The position numbers were made by a program, and so were the translations under genes. From the NCBI GenBank assembly GCA_947372225.1, contig CANBSV010000004.1, forward strand, positions 830-64,829: a DNA stretch of 64,000 nucleotides. The letters are read 5' to 3'. The notes beneath the pieces were generated by a model that saw only the letters and a list, made by a program, of their open reading frames with translations, was not told the origin of the DNA and did not search any database. Position 1 is the stretch's first letter, and each line of letters starts with the position of its first letter. The DNA is from Burkholderiales bacterium (GTDB lineage Bacteria > Pseudomonadota > Gammaproteobacteria > Burkholderiales > Burkholderiaceae_C). This document shows, one piece after another, positions 63,003 to 64,000 of the stretch.

Positions 63003-63094
63003 GGATGCGTACTCCGTCCTTTGGGGCGCACGAGATGCGCGGGCCCGAATCAAGCAAAGCCGCGCAGCTTACACAATCCGGCGTTTCCCTGCTT

Positions 63095-63116
63095 AAAAAG
63101 GTAGCCGGCCGCTACC
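63095..63116 (-). terminator. Terminator-like hairpin plus T5 in the pnt/NUDIX divergent intergenic region
   Basis: The minus strand reads GGTAGC-GGCCG-GCTACC followed by TTTTTAAGC. No minus-strand gene lies upstream of it in this window. Confidence 0.3.
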
Positions 63117-63126
63117 ATCTGCGCCC

Positions 63127-64000
<874 letters not shown>

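Overview
This is a high-GC bacterial chromosome segment; sampled 60-nt lines are about two-thirds G+C. Gene content and local synteny (rsmB-DUF4390-NtrY/NtrX-like pair, metX-metW, lptA-lptB-rpoN, PEP-CTERM signal, KdoO) look like Betaproteobacteria/Burkholderiales, which is an inference from memory, not a search. I can support about 60 protein genes, one intact tRNA-Phe(GAA) and one tRNA-Phe 3'-half fragment. Most of the window is core housekeeping: proA, metXW, purB, pyrF, aceB, argS, dsbA, lptAB, rpoN, rsmB/rsmE, fadD, pntAA/AB/B, panD, mnmA. I saw no CRISPR array, IS element, transposase, integrase or recognisable defence system, and I cannot point to a clearly novel multi-gene system. The items most worth a second look are: (1) a relic tRNA-Phe integration scar bracketing phoD and a decayed PEP-CTERM gene. 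(2) A markedly AT-richer polytopic membrane-protein gene next to a Kdo-hydroxylase/GT4/flippase-like LPS-core cluster. (3) panD translationally coupled inside the split pnt transhydrogenase operon. (4) A translationally coupled exported alpha/beta-hydrolase - DedA - membrane-anchored ATP-grasp operon of unknown function. (5) A sensor kinase -> REC-kinase -> HD-GYP operon, divergent from a secreted protein gene that has a candidate sigma-54/IHF promoter. (6) A complete minimal ZAS anti-sigma factor next to a separate cupin gene. All product calls come from motif recognition by eye. Start codons in this GC-rich DNA are often ambiguous, and many long track ORFs are antisense shadow ORFs.
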